Made by a program: the position numbers and the translations under genes
The notes under the pieces: model-generated
Databases searched by the model: none
What the model was told of the DNA's origin: nothing
The model's input: the letters and a program-made list of their open reading frames with translations, nothing else
DNA from: Phoronis australis
Lineage: Eukaryota > Animalia > Phoronida
Direction: 5' to 3'
Assembly: GCA_002633005.1 (NCBI GenBank)
Contig: NMRA01000252.1
Coordinates: 341,646-405,645, forward strand
Length of the DNA stretch: 64,000 nucleotides
In this document: positions 43,701 to 58,700 of the stretch, one piece after another
Layout of the letters: every line of letters begins with the position of its first letter
Numbering within the stretch: the stretch's first letter is position 1

Positions 43701-46700
43701 ATTATGATATAGTACAGTCAACTAACATTTTGATCCTTGAAACAGTTTCAAGTTTACAATTAACAGCTGCACGGAATATTATTTTCATATAAAATTACTC
43801 TTGGAACCAGTTCTGGAGCCTAGTGTTACTTCACGTTGTCAATTTACAAGATCAATTTTCTGACAGTCATTTGATAGTTTCATATTATTCCTTCATGGTT
43901 CATTTTAGTTTCATACACGTGCGTTACGTTTCCAATGCAGGCAATGCGTGTAGTCGAAACCGTAATGAATTTTAACTATTGTCGTTGCACGTGACGTACA
44001 CCATATTCCGCACGTCCATTGTACTTCCATTTTCTGTCGCGTATAGCGCTGGTCAAACAGCAGAGTCCAAATTTGCATTTCAGTGTACACGGATATGATA
44101 CAATAAATCTTTCACTATTGCTTATGGTCGTTGATGTCAAAACCTTCCAGGGAACATATGTAGTTATTGAAAGATATGGCAAGTTCTCTAGAATTGTCGA
44201 GAGGTTTGTTTGAACGTTATATGTTCTGTTTGGTTAGAAGTCTGCCTCAAGTCTCAACACCGTTGACATAACCACGACCACTTTATGTTATCGTGCTCCT
44301 GAGAACTTTTGCGTTCGTGAATCAAAAGCTTTTCGATCAAGATTGACATACCTTAAATAACAACCATAAATGCACAAATAATATTTGACTTGATGAAACA
44401 TAAAATTGTGAATTTTTTTAACAACTGAAAGTGCAACATTAACATATACTTTTCAAGGATAAAAAAACACGTGCACCCTGATCACGGCAAGAATTATGGG
44501 CTTGATACGAGAAAAATGCTTTAAAAGAAAACGCATTCTACAAATAAAAGTCAAGCTCCACGAAAACTACAGATGATGCATGTTTAGTATTCATCACTTT
44601 ACTATTGTATCAATAGTTATTGTAATTTACCATCACTAAAGAAGAGCGTGACGTATATCAAAAGGCACGAGATTATTTTATAAAACGTGAATCAAATATT
44701 GAAAAAACAAGACACTGATTTACGCAGCTGTACACTACATATTCAAACGCTGCTGTTCCAGAATACCCACAACAACTAAGCTGGACAATTCATTAAAAGA
44801 AATCAACTTTCGAGTTTGGATTGTTGACTAGCTGCAATAATGCTTAACCAGTTCCCCAGCACAAATAATACCTCGTGTATTTTTCTATTCAATTTAGAAT
44901 ATTTTCCTCGACTGTGGTTTATATGACATGCCGTAAGCAGTGCTTGGTACTAGAACGTTTATTACCTTTTTAGCGTCGGATGATCACTAATTAATGTTTA
45001 AGATCTTAGTCCAATTAATTACTATATCTCGGCCAGTTCAGACCCATTGTCTTTAGCTCTCAGTATATTTTTTGTGCCATTAAATCTTTTCCTTAAGCGA
45101 AATCAAATCGCTCGTAAATATTCATGAGTAGTCGCGGTTAGATAATGGTTGGATTTTGGCTTCAGCAATTAATTAATAAAACAATTAATACCAAATGACT
45201 ACCCCCGATTAGAGAGAGTTTTAGACTGTCATATCCGACGTGTGGCTGGCACTTGGAGTCAACTCAACCGAATGAGATAAATGCGTTTCAATTAAATCTG
45301 GACAGTCTGATGGCTGCCTGCAAGCACAGCAAGAACGCGTTGTCTCAATGAAAAAGTCAAAGTAAACCCGATATCAACACCAGATTACCCTGCATTGTTA
45401 CTATCACTCAACTGTTTATGGTAAAACAAATGATTGTTGGTTGCTTGTACGTGTTTTGAACAAAGTGCTTGTGAATTATTTTTAAATGAATGTTATAACA
45501 AGATGATCCAACTATAAAAATATTCCAGGGACGATTTTCAAAGTTGGTTACAATTGCTATCTTTCCATAATGGAATATTTATATGAAACTTAATACTTCT
45601 TGTATATCAGAAGGTTGTTATGTCATCCGACTCGCCTGAAATGTTTTAGAAACAAATGCATGTCGAGTTCTCAAGCAAAATTGAACTCCTGTCCCAGAGA
45701 ATACAATATTTTGGAACCAACGTTTATTTCATTTGCGGTTCAGTGCTGAGCATTTGGGAGAGAGCTGACCTGACTGAGCCCCCGCTGATAGCAGGCCAAT
45801 GAGTCACTTTTTATTTTACAGCGTTCGACCACGAATTTTAGTCAGATTGAATTTGCCATCAATTTAAAAAATCACTGACAAATGGAGCCAACAGAAATAA
45901 GTGTCCGTCTTTAACAGGTAAAGGTTAGAAAGCTAACCACTGCGTATGACGTGCGCTTTACGAAATCATTATCAGACTTATCAAACTGGCGTAATATTTT
46001 ATTTACACAAACCAATACTTCATTAACAATAAGACAGTCCTTCTGTGACGCAGAATACACGATTGTTTTGGCGTTTTGTTACGTAAACTATCAATGAGCT
46101 TTTCATTTTCTTCGTCGGTTTAATTTCCACGACATACAATTATTTTTCTTCGCGGTTAACCCTTATTCTATTACCTTTGTCCGTAGTCGTCAAACAATTA
46201 GTCGAGACAACTCCTCATTCAAGCTTGTGCTAGTTTAAAGTAAATCTCATCGTCATTAGGATACTGGCTAACAGTTCAGTGTTTAATTAAATGAACACAA
46301 GCGCTGACAAATATGATTTTGTGAGATAAGCCCATGGAATCGAACCTGGAATCCCCGCGGTCGCTATCTAGCGCTCTTCCGGCAGGGAATTTTAAATGTT
46401 TTTAACTGTTGATGTCCCTTCGCCCGCGGTTTCAGCGAAAGTTTGACAACCAAACATGGGAATTGGCGATTTGTAATAAAATCAACACGCGACATGTTTG
46501 GTTGTTTTATGGCTAGGTTTAAAGCTAATTTCCTCAACAATAATCCAAAAATGCGTTTTTCGGCTGTAAACTGAAACCGACACTGTCCATTTAAGGACAG
46601 TAAGCTCACGTCTTTTGTCAAAAACTATTGATTTGGACCACATAGTGTACACATACTGACCACATAAAGTCCACATACTGACCACGCACTGTCTTAAAGT

Positions 46701-49700
46701 AAGCCTGATCTTGCTCCTTATTCAGATTAAAATGATTTGAAGACTTGAGGAGAATGCTTCACACCGTGTCGACTGAGAAGTTAATAACGGAGAGTTAGTT
46801 TCGGTCGTCATTGCAGAGACGCTGCTGTCAACAAGAGTTGTTTTGGAATGTACATGCATCAGTCAAGAGTGTTTAACACTAACTTAGTGTTTTATCAAAT
46901 TGCAGAACACTGTGCTCGCCGACTTGAAGAAACGTTTTGACAGATAAAACGACCACTGTTGAAGAAACTTATTGTTTGATTGCCATCAGTTTGGATTGAA
47001 CGCAATAGTCAGATACGGGAAGTAAACTCGTTGCCTCTTTTCAAGTTTTGCTGAAGACCACAAAATGTGTTATTCTTATTCGCAAACGATTAGCTGATAC
47101 AAGTTCACACTTGTCCATTTGAGAACAATTACATCAACGGTTTATGCAAGTAACTTGAGTTATCAACAAAAAGTTACATTGACATTAGTTTTCAAAAAAC
47201 CTGCTTTGTTTTTACACCCATATACGTTCAGTTATAATACCACGTGACACTGCGCCGTCTGCAACAACTGAAGACATCTCGCTGGGTGCCTGGGAGAGCA
47301 GCACGTGCCGGCTAAACATCTCACTGCGCGAGACCAGCTGAGATTTGCGCCAACAAAGCGCTCGGAAACAGCACGATTGCTGGTTGACAAGGTGTCATTG
47401 TGAGTTGCCAAGGCAACTCAATAGATACTACGCTTTGCTGATAACAGATATCAGCACGAAACCGTGTTGCAATTGTTAACTGTTTTTATGCTTTCTTTTC
47501 AAATTCTTTCACGATTTTTAACGCTGGTATTGTTGGTTTTCTATTCCGTCGAAAAACAATGGGTCGCACAAAAGTGCTTTGAGGTCAAGTAATTACTGAG
47601 TGACCACAGATTTGCATTAAATTACCGTGAGCAGATTTTTCCTAAAGTTCTATCTGAGCTTGATTTGAATGGTGACATTTTTGCCACATGAGCTATTTTA
47701 GGAAAAAAATCTCTTAACTTAAATGGTGCCCCGTGTCGGTTTTATAGGCTATCAGAAACTTTCGTAATATTGTATTGAATATCTTTATGAAAAAGTTGCT
47801 AATTTGAGCTCAGTTCTTCACAGAAATTTAACGACGGTGCCATTTTAAGGATCCCAAACGATAACCCGGAAACCTGTCACGAAATAGCCCACGATAAGCA
47901 ACGAAAATTTAAAGGTTTTAATATTGTTCACGCTGTCAAACACTATCTTCGTTCATTCTGGCTATTGATTATTGACTATTGACTATTGACGTCGTTTATG
48001 CTCTGCCCAAAACGAAACGTCACTGAGGGATTGTGGGTAACGAAACAGTTGGTCACGTTATGTTTACAAGGTAATTTTTGTCATTAACACTGAATAGAAA
48101 CAGTTTAAAAATTCACTAATTAACAAAACGTTTTGCGTTTCCATACTTTGATGTATACCGTTATGTTCCCTGACTAGTAATACGAAGGAAAAAACGTGAA
48201 ATACATAAATTGAAGCCTCTGATACCCGTCAACTCAAGTGGCATCACTGGTAAAGAGGAGAGACAATTGTATGTGAAGTGCTGCGTGTATGTTGTATTGC
48301 AGTACTTGGAAGGAATATTCAACCTGCTCAAAATATACAATGTAATACTGCGTCTAAAGTATTCATACAGTACATCGAGTTCTCAGATGGTTGTTTTCAA
48401 AAATGGGCCTATTTAATCACACAGTTTGATGGAATATGTTTTCTAGTGGTTTAACGTAACAAAGGACATCTAGAAGGAGTCTCAGAAATTTGACTCAAAC
48501 TAATACCTGCGAGGTGGAAAAAGCGATTTTACAATTTTTTAATCGAAATTCTAAAAATGTTTCCACTGGTATTGCGTTTTAGGTATTGTTTATTCTGTTC
48601 ATGAGTTTTACACTTTAATGGCAAGAGCAAGTGTACATTCAGGTAAGTTTGATACAAAATGGGCGTGCGAGCCAATGATAATCTATGGATTTACAATCGG
48701 GCTTGATTTATAGTCTCGCGTGCTTATCTGCACACGTGGAACACTCTCCGTAAAATCCGCCTCCAACGAAGAACAATGTTATCTGCAGTTTACTTGAGTC
48801 TATCTTAGCTTCTGACTGGATACCAAGGTCGCCTCAGTTATTTGTGAGCCGCGATCTTTACGGGAGGCCATTATTTTTACATTTGTCAATCTAGGTCGTA
48901 CTGACAACATTTACAGATGTATTATCTAGTCTCGTTTCTAGTCTCGTTTCTATTTGTGTTTGCGAGAATACAAGCTAAACCAAGGCGAGCCTACAGTGTG
49001 ACAAAAAGAATGAATCGTGGAACAATAGGTGCGTGTAAATTGCGTTCGATGACAGACAATTAATACTTATCACCTACAGTTTCAACACACACAATAAACA
49101 AATATTCATAGAAAAAATAGGGATGTATAACCCTTCATCTCTGGGTTGATTCGTCACTTAAAATTAAATTGAGTTGAAAGAAACCGAGTCTTTACTGCAA
49201 AACTAAAAATAACAATGGTAAGTTTGATAATGTGATATAACGAATATAAATTTTACGGTCAGGCAGTTCTGAACAGAGTTGGTATATTTGCGTGTTGCAT
49301 AAAGAATAGTGTGTATGATAAGCCTTGCAGTAATTTCGAAGGTGCAAAAATTCATTATCCAAAGATGTATTAAAAACAGGACAATTTTGATTTTAAAAAG
49401 TTAGTACCTATACAAGTACTTACGGTCATTTTGATGTTCTGTCTAACGTGATTAAACACAGGAATCGAGATACATCCCATCCAATAGTTCAAATAACAAA
49501 GAATAATAAAGAACTAAACTGAATGAACAAAATTGTTACACCTGAACTCGTGCCTTGACTCGCAAAACCTGAACAATCGCACAGGTTGAAATTTTAGTTC
49601 AGTGTCGCGTAAAGATTGCAGGTCAAGGACTTAAATACAATTGGCACTTTATTTATTGCAGTTCGATTTTTACAATCACACTTTACACAATCGAGAGTCA

Positions 49701-52700
49701 TTTTTATTGTCCATACTTATAATGCAAGAATAATACTCTCCAAAAACAAAACTGCTCATTATGCACAATTCAACAGTGTGCACGTAAAGCGTGTTCATAA
49801 CCATTATCGGATACTGTCTTCACTAATTACTAGGATCCAAAATAATTATTATGACAGTGATGAGATTTATTGTTGCCAGAGGCAATTGTTTAGTTTTTAA
49901 TATTTCTAAGTGCAAAATGTTGAGTGTATCCTAAATAACATGAGAGTTACTTGTAGACAGCTGTTACGTCTAGATTACTACAACACAAGAACACTAGTGC
50001 ATTAGAAACAATAGCTCGCCAGACAGATTACCATATAAACCGCTTTCTCACAAGCAAACCCTCCATTGGACTCACTGTAACTACAACTTTCTCTAAAATC
50101 CGTACCACACCTGCGCCACCGCCTAATCTTTAAAACGTCTCCATTATAAAAACATTCAGTTTCGGCTTAGCAATCGGATCTTGCCGACGGAAGGCGTTGA
50201 ATTAAATATTTTTTCGAAAAGCAGTGTTTTCATAGAGTTGCCCTTCGGCAGTCGCAGTAAGCTAAGAGTTTTGTTAACAGGTGGTGGGTATCGGAAGAAA
50301 CGTTGCGTGCGTGCTTCTAAAAGCTAAATGCAAAACAATAGACTCTATATTAAAAATAATGCCCCGTAACCCTCGTCAATCCTTAAAAGTTGGAATCAAA
50401 GTTAAAATATCTGATTGCAGTCGTCTAAAATAGCAAGCATGATATCCGGTTTAGCGCAATAAAATCCAAAATCCATGAGTATGTTTTTAGTTGAAATTTT
50501 CTTATATCACAAAAGTGGTCCCAGCAGTACATAAGCAATGGACGGCACAAGGCCTGGTTGAAATCACCAAAACAAAGTTTAGTTTACATTTAAAAATCAC
50601 AAATAGTGATTCTCAAAGCAATGTTGACGACAACGATAACTAAATGATTGCATTTCATGATACGAGAAATCATCTGATGAAATGCTCAGCGTAAGGGAGA
50701 GAAATAGTCAGCGTAAGGGAGCCTACAATACATTTGATTTTTAGTCGTTGTTTTTGCCAATCTCTATCGACTATCTCCGCAAAGTTATTCATTGGGAAGT
50801 ATTAGCGTATGAGTTAAGCAATACTTTGATCTCTTCTCTTGATTTCGTTATGATTTTACAGGCTTTTAAATACAGTAACACGTTTGGGCACGGACATGTT
50901 TGCAGATAGTTTTTTGATACAAATAATTGACCACGATTATGAAAATAGATAGGTGGAGCATTGGCAAATACATGTACCACACAACACAGCTTCCTACGCA
51001 ATATAGTACATTGTTCAAAACTTTATAATTTGATTTCACTGTTCACCAACACGGGCGGAGCATTGACTATACAACCTCTGTTTATTTATATCAAGTGATA
51101 CAAAATAACATAAAAGTACGCCGTGAATTGATGACATATCACGGCCTACTTGTAGTTCAAATCGCTTCATCATTTCAACGCGAGACTGTCAAAACCATTA
51201 AAATTATCATGATAATACATGATAATACGTGTACGCGGCAGAATACTGAACTAAGCTAACTGATCGTGTCGTTTGGTTCAACTATTCCAGCGTCCCTACT
51301 AGGGTTCGATAGGGACATACGGTCTCCTTTGCATTTTAACAATGTCCTCAACATAAATTATGCAAAGTAGATCGTTGTGTAGAAACAACCGCACGTGCTT
51401 CCCAGAACATGTTCGTGTCTTTCGATTTACGTTTGAAGATATTTAGGTTCTCTGATTAAATTCTAAGTGGACGCCTTAATACCTTAAATGCTAAAGTGGT
51501 CCTATTGCTGCTCACATGTTATGAACTTGATAACTGAAAATTGTAGACGTAACTTCGGGAGATTTGAAATTACTTCTGCGTGATTTAAAGTCAAAAGTCT
51601 TCACTACAAATTCATTCCTAAAATAATCCAAACTGAGCGATGGAAATTAGATATTTGTAAAACGCCAACGTCTCTCGACAACTTATCCAGCCCGCCATTA
51701 AGCTTTCATTGCTTTTTTCTGAATCATACAAGAGCTCAAGGTTTACTTTTTTCACGGAAATCTACACTATGATAAAGTTTATAATTAGCCTGGCCACGGG
51801 ACTCAACCAAACATGTTATTAGTCGCCGCCATTCTCTGTATAATAAAAACAAATTCTTAGAATCGTGTGAACGGACATAAGCGATCACTTCTGTAGTGGT
51901 TAGAACGTTGTGGTTTTGTTCCTTTATGGCGCTAACTTCCTGAATTACGTAACTCGTGAAAGTGTGTGACGTAACGTTGACCTAGGGTTAAAAATGGAAG
52001 AATGTCAAAAATATAAGAAAATCATTTCGATATTGCAGAACATAACCACAGGTCGTGTTTGTCAACACAACTGGTTGACGTAAACCAAATTTGACGTGTT
52101 GTGACGTTCCAATGTCACCGCCATAGGCCCGTAGCAAAAGTCAACACCAGTAGACATAAATGTATGACAAATATTCCACTATGTACATTTTAATGACCTA
52201 CAAATGTAGACGACATGTAATATTCTGGGTGACCTGGCTACAGGTAGGGAGAAACATAGAGCGAAAGAAAAGTGTAAGAAATAGATTAAAGCGTTAACTT
52301 GCTATTCCCACTAGACCTTAACAATCATGTTTAAATGCCATTTACACGTTACACAAATTGACAGTAAAAATGGTCAATTTTCTCTTAAGCTTGCAGTAAA
52401 TAAAATGAGGGTTTTAGTAATAACGAATAACCTTTTCAAATCATCTCGACAGGTGTTTAGTTTTCGAAGGTATGAGGTACTGTAATGACATGTGACAATA
52501 ACTACCTGGACAGGTGTTTTGTTTCAAACTGACATTACTAAGTCACTTATACCATACAAAACTATGGTTTATTGCGCCCAAATGCGCCATAGATACAGTG
52601 AATGCTAAATAAATATGTACTCGTTTGTAGTCATATGTCCATCTGCTTTCGCAACAACAGAACCTGTACTCAATATCTATTTCAAAAACATCTGATGAAA

Positions 52701-55700
52701 ACACGATCCAGCATATGCCAATCCCAAAACTATTTTATTAATTTGCGTGCAAGAGCATAATATTTTATTGCTGATTCGCGAGCCAATCCCCGCAGAAGGA
52801 CAATAGTTCGCTGCACAAGTAGTGAGCAGATCGTGGCGCTTTCTTGCAAAGGATAAGTTAAAAATTACAACGTAACTTTAACTTCGGCAGTAGAAAATTT
52901 GCAATAAGTGGCGGCCAATCGGTGACCAAAGATAGTATTTAATGGTGGTCAAAAGAGACGTTTAACTGAAGGTTATAACACCCTCAGAGTAAAGTGACAG
53001 ACAAATTTGCTCAAAACTACAGTACATGTACGGGTTTTAGCGAGAAAGGCTTAACGTTCCATGTACTTTCGCTATTAGTGGTATGCAATATTTACACAAA
53101 AGGAACACACGTCAAAGTTATAGCTTACTTTCCATCGAGCAAAACAACGCATTTGGTTCATGAATTAATTTCAATTAGCAGTCACCGTATATTGACAACA
53201 ACCTTTGCCATTAAAACCGCCCAATTTCTGCACGAATAGCGGCAGCTTCTTATTTATTTTTGTTGCCCACAATTTCTGAAAGTATTCGAGAGTTTTGTGT
53301 GAGAAAGAACTCCCGGTCTTGAATTGGTCTCTCAATTGACACGCTTCGATTAAATCGTAAAGTTAACATCCCATTGCATTTTCCGGTGTTTCGGATTTCG
53401 CTAGAAAAAAAATCGAAATTTTAAGTACTTTGTAAGCAATAATTTGTAGGAGTTTCGTTGAGTTGGGTTCTTAAAGATAACTACGTAGACTTGACTATAA
53501 GTACGAGGATAGATTTAGGAGCAGCGCGGGAACGAAGTCAACCCAAAACTTCACAGTGGCAGCCGATCGCGCTAACGCAAAGTCAAATCCTGCGCGAAAA
53601 ATGGCGGAGTGTTTCTAACGCATTTAAGTGTCTATTTCATTCAACAAAATCTAAAAATGTTGTTTTGGTCGCAAAACTGGCGATGTACCTTACAAGTGTG
53701 TAATGTCAACTCTTCAAGCGACCCCCCCAAACGGAGTACGATCAAGCGCACCCTTGCCCCTGAAGGGCCTTGAACATGCAGTGGACGCCTGAAGGCACAC
53801 GTTACAATGCTGGTGTGCTAGCCTGCATAAATCATTAAGTGAAACAACCTTTGTCACCTATTAACGTCGTAAACTAGATCTCAACCAGTCGATTCTATTA
53901 TCATTTTGCAACATAAACCAGTCATTAGCCAAGACACTACTACCGTTTGAGATAATAACACGGCTTCAAAGCAAATAAAACTTTGAGGGATTGCAACTTT
54001 ACATACAGTTTGTCTCGGAAATGCACATCGTAAATATCCATTTTTACGGGGCAATGTTGTGCAAACATTATTTGAACTGTCGAATTACCCCCCACGTAGA
54101 CGGAAAGAACGTTTCGAAAGTATTCCCGAGAATAAAAATTCTCTTTGATTTTTGTGAGTGCTTTTTCATTTACACCATCTTGAAACTGTGTTTTTATTTT
54201 ACTGTTTATTTGGAATTATCCTTCATTTACATTTATGTTTAGTTGAGTTATACTTATTTGAATTCATGTTCATTTGCAGTTATGTTTACTCAAAACAATG
54301 CAATTGCAATTAAATTAAAAGCAGTAATTTTTATTTTCGTTTATCTTTAATTGAAGTGCTGTTTACACTTAGTAAAGAAACACAGTTAAATTGACTTTCA
54401 CTTCAAATTTTTCTCATTTATTTTATTTAGATTTTAAGCTTATTCGCAAATGTGTTTGTTTGCTTTTAACACTTATGTTTTCTTTGTTTATGCAGCCCAA
54501 TAAGTGTGATAAATCGGGGAACATTAAATCCACGGAGATTTAGTTAACATGGAGAAAGAAAATAGGTCTAAAACTGCGAATAGATAAGCTTGTTGTGCTA
54601 TTTCTATTTCTTCAAAAAATGCTTATAAAACTTCACTCAAACGATGACAATGTGGTATGCACCTCTGTTCATGCTTGACCAGCTACGTCTAACCATTTCA
54701 TTCTCCAGCCGAAGAGAGTATTGCGAGTCAAAGTGATATAAAAACAATTACTAACAGGAAGTGTCAGCACTTTTATGCGCACGTGCGCGAGCGCGTGTCG
54801 TCAGTAGTTAAACCGGCACCCCGGGAACCTCATTTGGACTCACTCAGTGAACGTAATTCAATTGTAGGATATAGATGTCTCCAAGTGGTAAATCGACGAT
54901 GTTCCCGGGTTGGTCATATTATTTGCAAAAAAAACTCTACTGGAAGAAGATTGTAATTAAATTAGTGGATGAATGTTACTATGGATAAAAACAGGCCTGT
55001 AAACAGAATGACTAGAGCGACAGTTTGTTGCTGAACTCGTGCACCTGTCAGTCTAAATAAATAAAGGGGGTTATGGTGATTTACCGCCTTATCGCTACCA
55101 CAATAAATCTTTTTAACTTTTACGACACATCTATTGACAAAGCGTTCATTAATTGCCAGATTTTAATCGCGGATTAGTTGACTTAAAACGTTGGTATAAT
55201 GACCAGTAATGCAGAAATAAACGTGGAAGTATTTAGTATATTGTCGTTAGGAATGTCTGGTGAAATGTTTTCTGACGAAAAATAGATTGCCTGGGTGCGC
55301 CCTGAATTCCGAGTTTTTATATTACATAATTGTCTAATTTTTTGAGGGAGTTCTTAAAAGATGACATATTCGCTTTTTATAGCTTAAGACAGGTCTGAGT
55401 AAATATTTTCATAAATTGTGAGGTTCGCCACCAAACTGGCATTTTGACAATATAGTGTATGAGGTATGAAGGCTGACGATATAATATAGTGTATGAGGTA
55501 TGAAGGCTGACGATATAATATAGTGTATGAGGTATGAAGGCTGACGATATAATATGGAAACTGAAGTGTGTTGAAAATATGCTTAGTGGAGTTTGGAGTG
55601 TGTGGAAATACGGGAAACAATGTCAGTGTTCAGTTTGGACACCAGGGGGCAGTTTCATGATATTTTAGAACTTTAAATATCTTCACATCGAACCTTTTAT

Positions 55701-58700
55701 TTTATACAGTTTCGGAATTAAGTAATTTACAACCCATATAAGTATATGTATGTAAATGTAGGGTGGCTCAATAATTTTCCCATTTTGGTGTCAATGACGT
55801 CATCGAACGGTAATTTTATGATTAGGGAAATTATTAAATTTTAACACAAAAATTGCAGAAATTGTCATTTATCTGTTTTTCAAAACCTAGTTACCCTGTG
55901 TCGAACAATGCAATTTTTCCGTACAGCTACGCAAGACAAACACTAAACTAAACATGGATTAAAATTCATTTGACTTTTCTATTTTGTTCAGGAATTTTAC
56001 AATGCAAAATTGAACTCCAGAACAACTAACGAAAGACCTTAAACTGTTTCCGCCAGCATCACTGCAAATCGTATCTCGGTTTCTTGGAGTGCTCAGTCTA
56101 CTACAGGCTACTGTGTTAAAACTGTTTAAAATCTCGTTCTTTGGTCACTGGGGTCAGGGCAGGCAAGAATCTCGGTGGCCGATGAAATGCATTTTGGGAT
56201 TACCACACAGCTGACTTGATAATAATAGTCAAATTTCGCAGAGTGAACGTTGAAGAGACACGTCACGTGAAGGTGTGACGTCCTTCACGAGACATATTCA
56301 TAACTTCCAGAGACGTGTTTCCTTTCTATTTTTAAGGACTGGTTACCTTCAAATAAAGGAACATTTTTCACTGGATGATGTCATACCATGATTTGCGTAA
56401 TAGATCAAAAAATCAAGAATTGTTCTATGAGAGGCATAATTAATTATAAAGAAGGCATTTCGTAGTGTGTATATTAGGGTATAAAAATCACAAAAATAAA
56501 ACCACCTTTGCTCTCTAGACACAGATATAGAGTAAATTGCACGCAGCATACACACCGAGCGAATAAAGGAGTAAACAGACTATTCCACTCAATCCTCTTG
56601 CACCAAGACAAATATCTAGAAGGAAAAGTTTCCGAGAAACGGGCGTCTCAAACCATGTCCACACATTTCTCTCAGGTTTTATGCTGTGCTGTCACTTAAT
56701 CATGATTTGTTGATATGACAGCAATGATGGTGAGATCGTTTGTATTATGACACGCACTAATACGATGACAATACAGGGTACAGAACGATTCTAACCTGAG
56801 AATGTACTTACTTGTGATAGTCTAGTCTGCAGAACAGTTTCCTGTCCCTGCTGTAGCACGTGCCTGTCAGCGGGAGACAACACACGTGACACTTGACGCA
56901 GTGCTCGTGCCAACTGTTATCCAAAACTTTGAGTAAAAATCTGTCTTCGATCGCGTCACCACACCCAGCGCACACTTCGCAATTTGCTCCGTTTTCTGGA
57001 AAATGAACATCTCTTACTAGTGTGTATATTTTGCCTTGAAATAAAATTTTAATCAGCAGTACGTTTTATCTTTCAGTTCCCAGTAAAGAATGTGGTTTCT
57101 TTTGCTACGAATTCTGTATATATCAAAACAACTTATTTCATCCATCACAGCGATGATGTAGCGTTTCATGAAATAGACGTTGGCACGAAAAAGATTCCCG
57201 AGATCAGCCCCAGTGCGTAATGGAACCTGAAACCCCCGTGGTGACAGTCTGATGTTGGGCCTAAATCCTTCGATAAATGGTAGAATATTTAGAGTGTATT
57301 TATTTGTTCAAATCCGCGGCCTTGGTGTCGAGTCGGTGAATTTTTGGGAGACGACGGCGAGAACTGGCGATTTGTAATAAAATTGCGAAAGCAGAAATGG
57401 TTTTGTAGTTTTATAGGTCTGTGCTAAACTGCAGTTTTGACGCATCGTCAGCAAACCAAAACGCATAATTCAATTTTCCAAGTCTAAAATTTGCAATGTT
57501 GACGGTGTGAGCTGTATTGCACGAGAAGCAGTATACAAGAATGTAAACATTAAAAAGTCTATATGTCGTTAAGGATGTATTTAGTGTTTCGAAGTGTTTT
57601 GTTTTATATTATTATACAAGGTAATGATCACGTTAAACTACCAGTAACAGTTCCCTGTTTTGTATTGTTTTACATGTCATTTTCTCGAATACACTAACGG
57701 CGTTGAAGAACAATAGTACAGCTTAAAAGTACCCGCGTTAGCGATTGCGTGTTTAATCAATCACGTCTGTGTTATTTACCTCCGGGTTTGGGGAGCTACA
57801 TCCGGGTACCGTCATTTAAACATTGGTCTTCAACCTGAATGCGTTTAATTACAATGGGCTTGAGAGTGCGTGACAAATTTGGAGTCATAAATCACACAAA
57901 TCATCGCTGTAAACACTTTCAAATTTGTCTTCTAATTTCTTAACTAGTAAACTTTTCTTTTTTGACATGCAAGTTCATTGAAACTATGAACAAAGCAGCG
58001 TGGCGGCACAGACAGAGAAACAGAATGTTGAAGTAATATGACTCCAAAACACAAAATCGTTCCGAGAAATTTTTGCAGTTAGGGTCAGAAACACACGTAT
58101 TATTGTTTTTTTTTTATAAATTTCACTCAGGAATTGAAAATCGACTTGCCATTTAACATAAACTTGTCATATGGCGACACTCTACAGTCAATACTGTCAT
58201 CAGGCATACAGTAGTTACTGCTTACTCTGTCTACCCGGATGGTTACTACATGTATTAGCTCATCTCCGACACCCGGATGACAAAACAAATAGTTGCATTT
58301 TCTCCGAATCAAACAACAATACAATTGTGAGTCAGAACATTCACGCACTGTACACTGTACCTCACGCTAGCCCTAACACATTTCCGTCCATTCCAGGGTG
58401 TAAAAACGTCCACGTATTAATGTCGCTAGTGTATTCATCTAAAAGTCGCACAGAATATTATTTCTTCACGAACGACCACGTTTTATCTCCTTGTTAGCGC
58501 ATGAAATGAGACATAAGTACATGTATATCGAATAACTGGGCCTTAAGTTGCGAGCCTCAGATCTACATTTGTGAACCACGAAAAAAAACGAAGTTAAGTT
58601 GTGGCTTGACTCAACTTGGTCTTATAGTTTACAACTGTACAAGGTGCCAAGTATCTAAACGTGTAATCCTATTATATCACCACAGCGTTGGGTGCAAATC

